DNA from: Armatimonadota bacterium
GTDB taxonomy: Bacteria > Armatimonadota > Armatimonadia > Armatimonadales > Armatimonadaceae
Direction: 5' to 3'
NCBI GenBank assembly: GCA_043754515.1
Contig: JAYUUO010000036.1
Location: 1 to 56,225, forward strand
Length of the DNA stretch: 56,225 bases
Below are positions 1 to 9,123 of this stretch, one piece after another; the first letter of the stretch is position 1, and the number at the start of each line of letters is the position of its first letter. Below the pieces are notes generated by a model. The model did not search any database, had not been told where the DNA came from, and saw only the letters and a program-made list of their open reading frames with translations. The position numbers were made by a program, and so were the translations under genes.

Positions 1-12
1 CCGATAAAGGGA

Positions 13-107
13 CGCCCGCCTTGTCGGACTCCCGCCCCCCTAACCCCCCTCTCTCAAGGATTGAGGGAGAGGGGGCCAGGGGGGTGGGAGTCCAAGCGAG
101 GCGGGCG
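13..107. repeat. Long imperfect palindrome (REP-like hairpin) downstream of the DUF1559 gene
   Basis: cgcccgcctt..ggactcccgcccccctaacccccctctctcaa pairs with ttgagggagagggggccaggggggtgggagtcc..gaggcgggcg. Confidence 0.7.
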
Positions 108-146
108 AGCGGAGACTTCCCCTGCTCCTATTCACACAATCTGTTA

Positions 147-1046
147 CTACGGCGTAGAAGGGTTCCGCCGCCAATCGTTGTCGTTATAAGTCCGCCACGT
201 CGGATCGGGGTTCGGGACCGAGACGACCGCTGTGCCGTTCGTATCCGCCGCGCTCTGCTTCGGCGTGATCTTCACCCACTTGACATGTCCATCGGCGTAG
301 GCGAAGTTGGTGCCGTTGCTGTGGCGGATGGCGGGGCGAGCCTGAGCGTTCACGCTGAACGCGTACGGTTGCGGGTACATGCCGCCGCGCGACGGGTTGT
401 ACGATTTCGGGCCGAGGTCGTACCGGTTCGCGTCGCCGATCAGAATGAAACTCGCGGGGCGGGCGATGGTGCCGAGAGGTGTATCATCGTTCACGCCGAA
501 ATCGCGTAGGTCAATGATCGCTCCCGCCGAGTTGGCATAGCTCGCTGCCTGGTTGTTCGCGCCCGCCGCGAGCTTGCCCTCGTTCAGGTGGAAACCGTAG
601 TCGGTGGGGTAGAAGTTACCGGGCACGTTCCAGTCGCCGGAGCCGACAGTGCCGTTGCCTTTGTTGCCCCAGTCCGGCGCGGACGGGTCTTTGTAGATAG
701 CCCGCGTTTTGACATAAGGGTCAATCCGGTTGGTGTAGGAGAATGGGGCGCGTGCGTCCGCCGTGTTCGGAACGGCGACGGGTGGGATCAAGAAGTCGGC
801 CTGACGCTCGGTCGCGGTCGGGAAGAACGTCTCGTCGTAGTCTTGCAGATACTGAAGGACGCCGAGCGAGATCTGTTTCAGGTTGGACGCGCCGGTCACC
901 TGTCGCGCCTTCTCGCGGGCCTGCGCGAACACTGGGAACAGTATCGCGGCTAGAATCGCTATTATAGCGATAACTACGAGTAGCTCGATCAGCGTGAAGC
1001 CGGTTTGGGCGACCCGTGTCGGCGTATTGGGTGTTTGGTTCGTCAT
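147..1046 (-). CDS. Prepilin-type N-terminal methylation protein, DUF1559 / H-X9-DG family
   Basis: [34 protein letters not shown]-terminus; SNLKQI; C-terminal [16 protein letters not shown]. Confidence 0.93.
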   Translation of the reverse strand: MTNQTPNTPTRVAQTGFTLIELLVVIAIIAILAAILFPVFAQAREKARQVTGASNLKQISLGVLQYLQDYDETFFPTATERQADFLIPPVAVPNTADARAPFSYTNRIDPYVKTRAIYKDPSAPDWGNKGNGTVGSGDWNVPGNFYPTDYGFHLNEGKLAAGANNQAASYANSAGAIIDLRDFGVNDDTPLGTIARPASFILIGDANRYDLGPKSYNPSRGGMYPQPYAFSVNAQARPAIRHSNGTNFAYADGHVKWVKITPKQSAADTNGTAVVSVPNPDPTWRTYNDNDWRRNPSTP

Positions 1047-1094
1047 GTTGGTTCCTCTTTCGGTCGTTGTGGGCGTTGTGCTTCTGCACGTCGG

Positions 1095-2207
1095 TTATCT
1101 GGCGTGCGGTGATGCTTTCACCGGATCGGTTTGTGTCGCCGGAAGCGTCGCGAACAGATGGGTCAGAGCGGAGCGGTCCTGCCGTAGGTAACCCGCCTCC
1201 TTGCCCCAATCGGCGAACGTCAGCACGGAATCCGGGAGCGGGTCGGCGGTGATTTCGGTGCGTGACAGTGCCGTTTTAAGCACATCGTCAGGGATCTCCC
1301 TGCCCTGATTGAGTTGCGCTATCCGCGCACCGATCACTTTGCGGGCTTCGTCGGGGTGGGCGTTGATCGCGGCCACGGCCGCCTGATGCGCGGCGACGAA
1401 CTTCGTGACGAGTTCGGGATGCTCGCGCAGAAACTGTGCGCGGACTATCACCACGGCGGTCGCGAACTTGCCCCCCTTCCACAGAGTCCGCTCGTCTGTA
1501 ACCAGTCTCGCCCCCGCCTCCTTTTGTAGGCGCGTCACCCACGGCTCGGGCATCCAGGCGGCGTCAATAGTCTTCTGCCGGAACTGGTTCAGCGTGTCGG
1601 CGGGCGCGAACTCCAGAACGGTGACGGTGCCGCCTTTATCCTTGGTGACAAGCCCGGCGGATTTGATGGCGTGCCGCAGGGACAGATCCTGCGTCCCCCC
1701 CTTTTGCGGGATGGCTACCGTTTTACCGGCGAGATCCGCGATCTTGCCGATGGGCGTGTCCGCCCGCGCCACCAACGCCGCGCCGCCCGACGCCGCGCCG
1801 GAGACGATCTGGAGGGCGTCGCCGGACGATTTCAGGTAGCCATTGATAGCGGGCCCCGGTCCGATGTATCCGAGGTCCACTTCGCCGGAGAACAGGGCTT
1901 CGATCTCGGCTGGGCCGGCGGTGAAGACGCGCTCCTCGATCTTCGCCGAGGTGCCGAGAGCCTTCTGGAACGAACCGGTGCCGGTGCCGTAAAGCGCGGC
2001 GGCGTGCGTCAGGTTTGGGAAAAAAGCGAGGTGAACCGTGACCGGCTTGACCGTGCCGACGTCGGTTCCCGATACCGAAGCCGTCCCGCTCCCGCCTTTA
2101 TCGCCGCACCCGATGAGAACGAGTGGGAGCGCGAAAGTTACGAGCGCTGTTAGGGCGCGAACCAAATACTGACGCCGCGGAATGCTGTTTTTGCCTGAGG
2201 GGTTCAT
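1095..2207 (-). CDS. Aliphatic sulfonate/nitrate-type ABC substrate-binding lipoprotein (SsuA/NMT1-like)
   Basis: Lipobox LIGC; FFPNLTHAAA, FTAGPAEIEAL, DLGYIGPGPA, DAAWMPEPW motifs. Confidence 0.85.
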   Translation of the reverse strand: MNPSGKNSIPRRQYLVRALTALVTFALPLVLIGCGDKGGSGTASVSGTDVGTVKPVTVHLAFFPNLTHAAALYGTGTGSFQKALGTSAKIEERVFTAGPAEIEALFSGEVDLGYIGPGPAINGYLKSSGDALQIVSGAASGGAALVARADTPIGKIADLAGKTVAIPQKGGTQDLSLRHAIKSAGLVTKDKGGTVTVLEFAPADTLNQFRQKTIDAAWMPEPWVTRLQKEAGARLVTDERTLWKGGKFATAVVIVRAQFLREHPELVTKFVAAHQAAVAAINAHPDEARKVIGARIAQLNQGREIPDDVLKTALSRTEITADPLPDSVLTFADWGKEAGYLRQDRSALTHLFATLPATQTDPVKASPHAR

Positions 2208-2215
2208 ACAAAAAC

Positions 2216-2249
2216 ATTATTACATTAATCGGTCGGAATTGTCAACATT
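2216..2249 (-). promoter_or_regulatory. Sigma70-type promoter with overlapping Rrf2-like operator candidate
   Basis: Minus strand TTGACA-N18-AATAAT then 8 nt to ATG; 25-mer AATGTTGACAATTCCGACCGATTAA at 2225-2249. Confidence 0.5.
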
Positions 2250-2286
2250 AAAATATGTTTCCAAAGCGGAGGGCGCGATTTATTTT

Positions 2287-3207
2287 TCAGCGGGTCGGGA
2301 GCGGGCGCAGAATACCGTCGTTCAAGCCGGGACGTTGCGGAGCGGGGGAGCGGTTTCCGGCGGACTCTGGATAGGCGAGGCGCGCGACGACGCGGGTCAT
2401 GCTCTCCCCGGCGATCACTAGGCTCGTCACAGCAGCGCGTCCGAGGCGGCGGGCCAGCGGCGGCGCGGCGATGTCGTGGCGCAGGATGATGAGGATTTCC
2501 GCCTGTTCCGTGAGAACGGTTCGGTAGTGATGGGCGACTTCGGCGGCGGCGGCCCTCTCCGTGCCGTTCCCTGTTTCCAGTACCATGGACACTTTGCCGT
2601 TGAGTTCGGTGACGGCGGCGACGAGCCGCTTGACCCGCGCGAACGTCCCGTTGCCGCCAGGTATGGACGTCAGAATCGCGCATGTTTGCCAGGCGTACCG
2701 TGCCGCACGCAGAGCGACCGATTGATCCTGCGCGTTCTGAGTGGCGCAGAGCACACGGGGTCGTTGCTCGGCGGTCAGAGACGTTTCGAGCAGGAGGCTA
2801 CGCCCGCGCTGTTCAATGCGCTCGGCTATCTCCATACCTTTTTGTAGAGGCCCGAGCGTCCCCTCCGTCTTGCCGCCGACCTGCGGGCGCATCGAGCGGG
2901 TGAGGGTGCTCTGGGTTAGATTTACGAGTTTGAGAAGATCCTCGTTGAAGGACAGGAGAATCAACTCGTTGTTTTGCGCCCCTGTTAGAGAACTAGCGGC
3001 ACCGAGGTCGTCCACAACGGTACTGCGTCGCGCGGCGAGCGCGAGGTCACCGTCATCAAGCAGTGACCCTCCCCCCCCGGCGCGGCCGGAGTATGAAGCG
3101 GCCGGGTCCTTGTAAGGGGTGGGTTCCGCGGTAGCGATGTCCTCGGGAATCTTCTTATCACGAGGGCGAAGGAGCGAAGATAGAAGGGAGGTGCCACGAC
3201 GCAACAT
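2287..3207 (-). CDS. Hypothetical helical protein, possibly divergent PhoU-like (start uncertain, ORF open to 3402)
   Basis: Long ORF with a repeated helical pattern; ends AVTSLVIAGESMTRVVARLAY, resembling the PhoU C-terminal helix. Confidence 0.5.
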   Translation of the reverse strand: MLRRGTSLLSSLLRPRDKKIPEDIATAEPTPYKDPAASYSGRAGGGGSLLDDGDLALAARRSTVVDDLGAASSLTGAQNNELILLSFNEDLLKLVNLTQSTLTRSMRPQVGGKTEGTLGPLQKGMEIAERIEQRGRSLLLETSLTAEQRPRVLCATQNAQDQSVALRAARYAWQTCAILTSIPGGNGTFARVKRLVAAVTELNGKVSMVLETGNGTERAAAAEVAHHYRTVLTEQAEILIILRHDIAAPPLARRLGRAAVTSLVIAGESMTRVVARLAYPESAGNRSPAPQRPGLNDGILRPLPTR

Positions 3208-3585
3208 GATGAGTGAAGGTATTCTTTCCTGAAATGGATGCCGTTCCCCGAGAGAAGCCGCCGTTCCCATTGTCGGTTGATACGCGCGCGATCCTTCGGC
3301 TATTTCGCGGGCGGGTAAAAACAGGTGGTCTGGTGCTGGTGGCCGGAGTGGAAGGACATCCTCCCAATACGCAAATGCCACGTCGCGGCGGGATTTTAAC
3401 ACGAATTATTTCGTGAGCCGCCCCGTGATTGCCAGACGAGGCTCAAAGAATCAAGCGATAGCGAGGCAACGAGCGTGTGCCCATCCACGCAGAACATCCA
3501 GGGCAAACATAGCGCGCTGGTTCCCGCGCATCGCGCCAACAGTTGAATTGCACTTTCCCTACAGCACAGACGGCTGGTACGTGAA

Positions 3586-6402
3586 CTACTCGTCGTCCTC
3601 CAGTGCTTTGAAGCGGGCTTTGCGTTCCTGGACACGTGTTTGTACCTGCCGGAACTCCTGCTCGCGGGCGGTGCGCACCGACTCCTGACGCTGGACTCGT
3701 TGCTTGACGATGGTCTCCTGTACTTGCTCAACCGCGGCGCGGGCGGTGTCGCGCGTCCGCCAGAGTGAGAGTCTGCGGTTGGCTATATCAAGCGGCAGGA
3801 GAAGCAGCGCGGTGAACAGGAGCGGCAACGCGAGCGGAGTCGGCAGACGCTTCACGCCACGCGCGGCGAAAATATCCTTGCCGCTCTTCAGGACGCGGCC
3901 GCCCGATATGTCGGCGATACGCGATAGGAGCGCGGTGTTCGGTTCGAGGGCGGCGAACTCCGGGGAGTAAGCGACCGCGAACCCGACCGGCACCGACCGT
4001 TCCTCGCCGCCGGCTGACTGATACTGAACGCTCGCCGTGTAGGAGCCGACCTGCCCGGCGTCGAACGCGTCCCCTTCGTAGCGTCCCGGCCCCGTCTGGG
4101 TCAGCGGCACGGATTCCGGGTCGCCGTCCGGCTTTGCGATCCGCGCCCGTGGGGATAGGCCGTTCAGGAAAGCACCGGTCTTAGCGTCCACGGCGTCGGC
4201 GACGAGCCGCGCCCTGCCGTTCTCGCGCACGACGCGCACCGAGATGTCGCCGTCCGCGCCGCTGTTTCGCGGCGACTTCAAGGTGTAGCGCACGGTCTGT
4301 GCCCAGAACGGCGCGAATCCGCTCCACGAAAGCCAACCGGCGGACCAGCGCGGCGCGGCGTCCGACGTCCAAGCGACGGACTTCCCCAGACCATACTGCC
4401 ACGTCGCTAGAAGCGGGTCATCGCGGTGTGTCAGCAGGAGCGATTCGGCGGCGGGCTTGACGAACGCAACGTCGTAGCCGAGGAGCGGCGGGGCGTTGTC
4501 CGCCGCGATGTTTTCCAGGAGCGGGTGATTCACGCCGTTCGGACCCAGCTTGGGCACGAACGGCTCCTCGATCAGCGGCGGCTTACGAATCGTGCGCACC
4601 TCGCGGGTGTATATCTTCGGCAACTGCGCGGCGTCCGTGACGAAGTAGTAGCGACCGCCAGTCTGCGTCGCGAACCGCTTGAGTGGTTCGATGGAGTCGG
4701 GAGATTGCCCGTCATCAAGCACCACGAGCGTGAACGTCATGTTCTTTTTTTTGTAGTCGGCGATCATTTGCGCGTAGTCGTGCGGCGGCGTTTCGCCGTC
4801 CGTGATCAGGATCACGTGCTTGACGGACAGTTTCGCGTCCCTAAGCATGTCGTAACCCGCTTCGACGCCCGCCGCCATGTCGGTGCCGCCGCCTCCTCCG
4901 AGTTCGCTAATGCCCGAGTGAATCGCGCCCTTCTTCGCGGCGGGAGTCAGTTCTACGATGGTAGTGGCCGCCGTATCAACGCCGATCACGCCGACGTTGT
5001 CCTGGCTGGAAAGGGCGTCTACGGCGCGGTGGGCGGCCTCCTGGGCGAGTTCCATCTTCGACAAGGAGCCGCCGCTACGCGGTGCCTCCCCCATCGAGCC
5101 GGAGATGTCTACCGCGAGGGCGAGAGCGACGGCGGGGTACCGCTTCTGTTTCTTGGAGTCCATTTCGACCGGGAGCGCGGCCTCGACCGGAGTTCCCAGC
5201 CAGCCGCCCGCCGCGTAGCCGTATTCGCCACCGATCATAATCAGCCCGACCCCCAGGTCACGGACCGCCTCCTGGATCGCGGCCATCTGGTTTTTGTCGA
5301 AGACTTCCGCCGGAGTATTGACCAGGATGATGCCGTCGTAGGCGAGGAGCGGCGCGGGCCCCGTGGCGGGAATCGCTTCGGGTCCTGCTTCGACCACGGT
5401 GAGTTTCTGCGTCCGCAGTGCGGCGATTAGGGAGGCCGCGTCGGCTTCGGTACCGTTCATAGGATCGTGGATCACCAGCACGCGCGGCTCGCCGGAGACG
5501 TGAACGAACCCGATGGCGCGGTTGTTCTCGGTGATCGTGTCGGCGGACTTCGGAAGTGACAGCCGGGCCTCGTAGGTGTAGAAACCCGGATCACCGCCCC
5601 GGTCGTTGACGGAGACGATGTTTTTGCCCGGCGAAAGCGTTACTTTTTGGGTGCGCCACGACTTCCCATTCCGAAAAATAGTGAGGGATCCTTCCCCCCC
5701 CGTCCGGGAGTTTACGGCGACGGAAAGGCGGAAAGGCTCGCCGCGCCGGGTAGCGGTCGGCGCGTCCATCCGCTCCACAATGGTCTCCGGCGCGTTCTTG
5801 AGATCGTCGCCGATAACCACGACGTCAACGGGCACCCCGGCGGCCTTCGCGCCCCGTGCCGCTTCGAGAGACTGGCCCGCGTTCTCGTTGCCATCGGAAA
5901 CTAACACGATCCTACCCGCGGTGTCGTCCGGTAGCGAGGCGAGGGCGCGGTTGATTCCTCGCGCCAAGTTCGTCGCCATCGGCTCGGGCGGCTCGGGCAA
6001 CTCTTTGGGTACCGAAGTGGCCCGCTTCTCGTCGGGCGGTATCACCAGAGTGCTGTCCCCCCCCGCGGAAACAACACCCAGGCGGTCGCCATCACGCAAC
6101 GAATCGTGTGCGTCCGATACCACCGCCCGCGCGACCTGTCTGCCACGGTCTCCGACACTATAGGAGCAGTCCGCGACCACGATCACGGTCTGTTTGTGAG
6201 ATGTTTGTACGCATTCAGCTTCGGCGAGCGCGAACACAACGCAACCGAATATGAGGAGACGCAGCACGACGGCGAGAAGGCGTTGCCGCGCATCCGACAG
6301 AGCCGCGCCGCGCCCGAGGTAAGTGGTTACCAGGGCGAGCGGCGGAAGCGCGAGTAGCCAGAAAGGATTATGGAACGCGACGGGCGAAAAAGAAGCGGGC
6401 AC
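3586..6402 (-). CDS. Membrane protein with two VWA domains and a class-I glutamine amidotransferase-like domain
   Basis: BatA-like N-terminus FHNPFWLLAL; MIDAS-like DCSYSV and DISGSM; LVSDG/LITDG; GLIMIGGEYGY; PLLATWQYGLGKSVAW; C-terminal TM. Confidence 0.85.
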   Translation of the reverse strand: MPASFSPVAFHNPFWLLALPPLALVTTYLGRGAALSDARQRLLAVVLRLLIFGCVVFALAEAECVQTSHKQTVIVVADCSYSVGDRGRQVARAVVSDAHDSLRDGDRLGVVSAGGDSTLVIPPDEKRATSVPKELPEPPEPMATNLARGINRALASLPDDTAGRIVLVSDGNENAGQSLEAARGAKAAGVPVDVVVIGDDLKNAPETIVERMDAPTATRRGEPFRLSVAVNSRTGGEGSLTIFRNGKSWRTQKVTLSPGKNIVSVNDRGGDPGFYTYEARLSLPKSADTITENNRAIGFVHVSGEPRVLVIHDPMNGTEADAASLIAALRTQKLTVVEAGPEAIPATGPAPLLAYDGIILVNTPAEVFDKNQMAAIQEAVRDLGVGLIMIGGEYGYAAGGWLGTPVEAALPVEMDSKKQKRYPAVALALAVDISGSMGEAPRSGGSLSKMELAQEAAHRAVDALSSQDNVGVIGVDTAATTIVELTPAAKKGAIHSGISELGGGGGTDMAAGVEAGYDMLRDAKLSVKHVILITDGETPPHDYAQMIADYKKKNMTFTLVVLDDGQSPDSIEPLKRFATQTGGRYYFVTDAAQLPKIYTREVRTIRKPPLIEEPFVPKLGPNGVNHPLLENIAADNAPPLLGYDVAFVKPAAESLLLTHRDDPLLATWQYGLGKSVAWTSDAAPRWSAGWLSWSGFAPFWAQTVRYTLKSPRNSGADGDISVRVVRENGRARLVADAVDAKTGAFLNGLSPRARIAKPDGDPESVPLTQTGPGRYEGDAFDAGQVGSYTASVQYQSAGGEERSVPVGFAVAYSPEFAALEPNTALLSRIADISGGRVLKSGKDIFAARGVKRLPTPLALPLLFTALLLLPLDIANRRLSLWRTRDTARAAVEQVQETIVKQRVQRQESVRTAREQEFRQVQTRVQERKARFKALEDDE

Positions 6403-6480
6403 GACGCGCTCAGTATATCATTCGCGGCCCGTAGATTCGTCTTACCCAAACGCCGCGCCGCGCCGTATACTGTCCGTATC

Positions 6481-9123
6481 ATGCTAGCCCGCGAACTACG
6501 ACAACAATATCTCCAGTTTTTTGAAGGCAAAGGGGCGTTGCGCCTCCCGTCCGACTCACTCGTTACCGACGATCCGACACTCCTATTCACCGTCGCCGGA
6601 ATGGTGCCGTTCAAAGCCTATTTCGAGGACCGCGCGACGCCCCCCCGGAACTCGCTCGCCACGTCGCAGAAATGTCTACGCACAAACGACATCGAGGACA
6701 TCGGCGACACGTCGCACTGCACCTTCTTCGAGATGCTCGGCAACTTCGCGTTCGGCGACTACTTCAAGACCGAGGCGATTAACTGGGCGTGGGAGTTCCT
6801 TACGGGCGTCCTGAAACTCGACCCGAAGGACTTGCGCGTGACCGTATTCGCGGACGACGACGAGGCGTTCCGGCTGTGGCACGAGGGTTGTGGGTTGCCC
6901 GCCGAACGTATCTCCCGGCTCGGCGAGAAGACGAACTACTGGCCCGCGAACGCGATCAAGACGAAGTCGCAAGGCCCGTGCGGGCCGTGCTCCGAGATAT
7001 TTTTCGACACGAAGCCCGAGGAACCATTCGACGCCGACTGGGATGGCGAAGGCAGCCGCTGGCTCGAAATCTGGAATCTGGTATTCACGCAGTTCACCGG
7101 GCGGGGCGAGGGTGACGCTTACCAACTTGTCCCGCTCCCCAAAAAGAACATAGACACCGGCATGGGCCTCGACCGGACGGCGGCGGCGATCAACCGGCTC
7201 TCCGGCCCGTTCGAGACGGACCTGCTCCGCCCGGTGATCGCGGACCTGGAGAAACTGTCGGGGAAAGTTTACACGTCCACGCCGGACTCGACCATTGACA
7301 TCGCGTTCCGCCGCATCGCCGACCACGTACGCGCGGCCACATTCCTGCTCGCGGACGGCGTAACGCCGGATCGCACCGGGCGCGGGTACGTCCTGCGCCG
7401 CCTGATGCGCCGCGCCATCGTCGCCGGAATCCGAACGCTCGGGTTCGCGGACGAGCCGTTTCTGGACCGCGCCGTGCCTACCGTGGTCGAGGTCATGAAG
7501 GACGCTTACCCCGAACTGGTTGACCGGATGGAGTATATCCTCGGGCAGGTCCGAACCGAGGAGTCGCAGTTCCGGCAGACACTGAAGCGCGGCCTGTCGC
7601 TCCTCGACGAACTGCTGGAGCGCGGCACCCTTTCCGGCGAGGAGGCGTTCGACCTGTATCAGACAAACGGTTTACCGTTCGAGGTGACTAAGGAAGTAGC
7701 GGCGGAACGCGGCATAGCGGTTGACCGCGCGACATACGACTCCGCGCAGACCGAGCATGAACGCGCGTCGGGCAAGGGTAGCAAAGTCACCTGGGTCACC
7801 GGCGACGAGGATCTAAAGGAGATGCTACGCTCCCTGCCGCTGTCGAAGTTCGTCGGTTACACGACTGGCCTGCGCACACCGTCCACCGTGCTTGGCATCA
7901 TCGCGGACGGCAAACCAGTACAAACAATCGCGCCGGGACAGGCGGCGGAGATTATCCTTGATGTGACGCCGTTCTATGCCGAGTCGGGCGGGCAGGTCGG
8001 CGATACAGGCACCCTGGACGAGGCGAACGGGATCATGTTCGAGGTCGCCGACACCCACAAGGCGAACGGGCTGTGGTTCCACCACGGCGTCGCGAAGGGC
8101 GAGATCACGGTCGACACCCCAGTCGTCGCGGGCGTGGACGCGGGCCGCCGCGCCGACATCCAGCGCAACCACACCGCGACGCACTTGCTCCACGAAGCGT
8201 TACGAAGCGAACTCGGCGCGCACGTGCGACAACGCGGCTCGCTGGTCGCCCCCGACCGGCTGCGGTTCGACTTTGCTCACGCCCACTCGCTGACACCGGA
8301 CGAGATAAGAACTGTCGAAAAGCGCGTTAACGAGGCGATACTGAACGCGCTCCCGATCGAAATACAGGAACTCCCGATCAGCGAAGCCCGCGAGCTGGGC
8401 GCGATGATGCTCTTCGGCGAGAAGTACGGCGACGTGGTGCGCGTCGTGTCCATCGGCGGGGATTTTTCCCGCGAGTTCTGCGGCGGTACGCATGTCCCGA
8501 ACGCAGCGACCATCGGCTCATTCCGCATCGTGTCGGAGTCCTCGGCGGCGGCGGGTGTCCGCCGAATCGAGGCGTTGACTGGGCGCGGCGCGGAAAGCCT
8601 GAATCGGGAAAATACCGAGACGCTGAGCACACTCGCCGCGCTCCTGAATACCAGGCCGGACGCCGCGCCCGAAGCAGTCGAGAGATTACAAGCCGAAATT
8701 AAAACGCTCCGCGCCGAACTTGCAAAGCAGAGGCAGACACAGGCTGGGAATCAAGCCGGGGAGTTGATCGCGGGCGCGAAGGCGATCGGCGCGGTAAAGG
8801 CAGTAGTCGCCCAAGCGGAGGGCGTCGAGGACGGTGCCGCGTTGTCGGGACTAGCGGACGACATATTAAACCGCGTCGGCTCCGGTGTGGTAATACTCGC
8901 GGCGGGCGTGGACGGCAAAGCGTTGTTTGTTGTCAAAGCGTCGAAGGACGCCGTGGCGGCGGGCGTACACGCGGGGAACCTAGTTAAGGCGGCGGCGACC
9001 GTGGCAGGCGGCGGTGGCGGCGGGCGTCCCGACTTCGCGCAGGCGGGCGGCAAAGACGCGACAAAAATAGCGGACGCGCTCGCGGCGGCGGAGTCGGTGT
9101 TGGTCGGGGCGGTTGGCGGTTAG
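6481..9123 (+). CDS. alaS: Alanine--tRNA ligase
   Basis: DPTLLFTVAGMVPFK, FFEMLGNF, IDTGMGLDR, NHTATHLLH, EFCGGTHV, GGGGGRPDFAQAGG; start set at MLARELR. Confidence 0.98.
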   Translation: MLARELRQQYLQFFEGKGALRLPSDSLVTDDPTLLFTVAGMVPFKAYFEDRATPPRNSLATSQKCLRTNDIEDIGDTSHCTFFEMLGNFAFGDYFKTEAINWAWEFLTGVLKLDPKDLRVTVFADDDEAFRLWHEGCGLPAERISRLGEKTNYWPANAIKTKSQGPCGPCSEIFFDTKPEEPFDADWDGEGSRWLEIWNLVFTQFTGRGEGDAYQLVPLPKKNIDTGMGLDRTAAAINRLSGPFETDLLRPVIADLEKLSGKVYTSTPDSTIDIAFRRIADHVRAATFLLADGVTPDRTGRGYVLRRLMRRAIVAGIRTLGFADEPFLDRAVPTVVEVMKDAYPELVDRMEYILGQVRTEESQFRQTLKRGLSLLDELLERGTLSGEEAFDLYQTNGLPFEVTKEVAAERGIAVDRATYDSAQTEHERASGKGSKVTWVTGDEDLKEMLRSLPLSKFVGYTTGLRTPSTVLGIIADGKPVQTIAPGQAAEIILDVTPFYAESGGQVGDTGTLDEANGIMFEVADTHKANGLWFHHGVAKGEITVDTPVVAGVDAGRRADIQRNHTATHLLHEALRSELGAHVRQRGSLVAPDRLRFDFAHAHSLTPDEIRTVEKRVNEAILNALPIEIQELPISEARELGAMMLFGEKYGDVVRVVSIGGDFSREFCGGTHVPNAATIGSFRIVSESSAAAGVRRIEALTGRGAESLNRENTETLSTLAALLNTRPDAAPEAVERLQAEIKTLRAELAKQRQTQAGNQAGELIAGAKAIGAVKAVVAQAEGVEDGAALSGLADDILNRVGSGVVILAAGVDGKALFVVKASKDAVAAGVHAGNLVKAAATVAGGGGGGRPDFAQAGGKDATKIADALAAAESVLVGAVGG

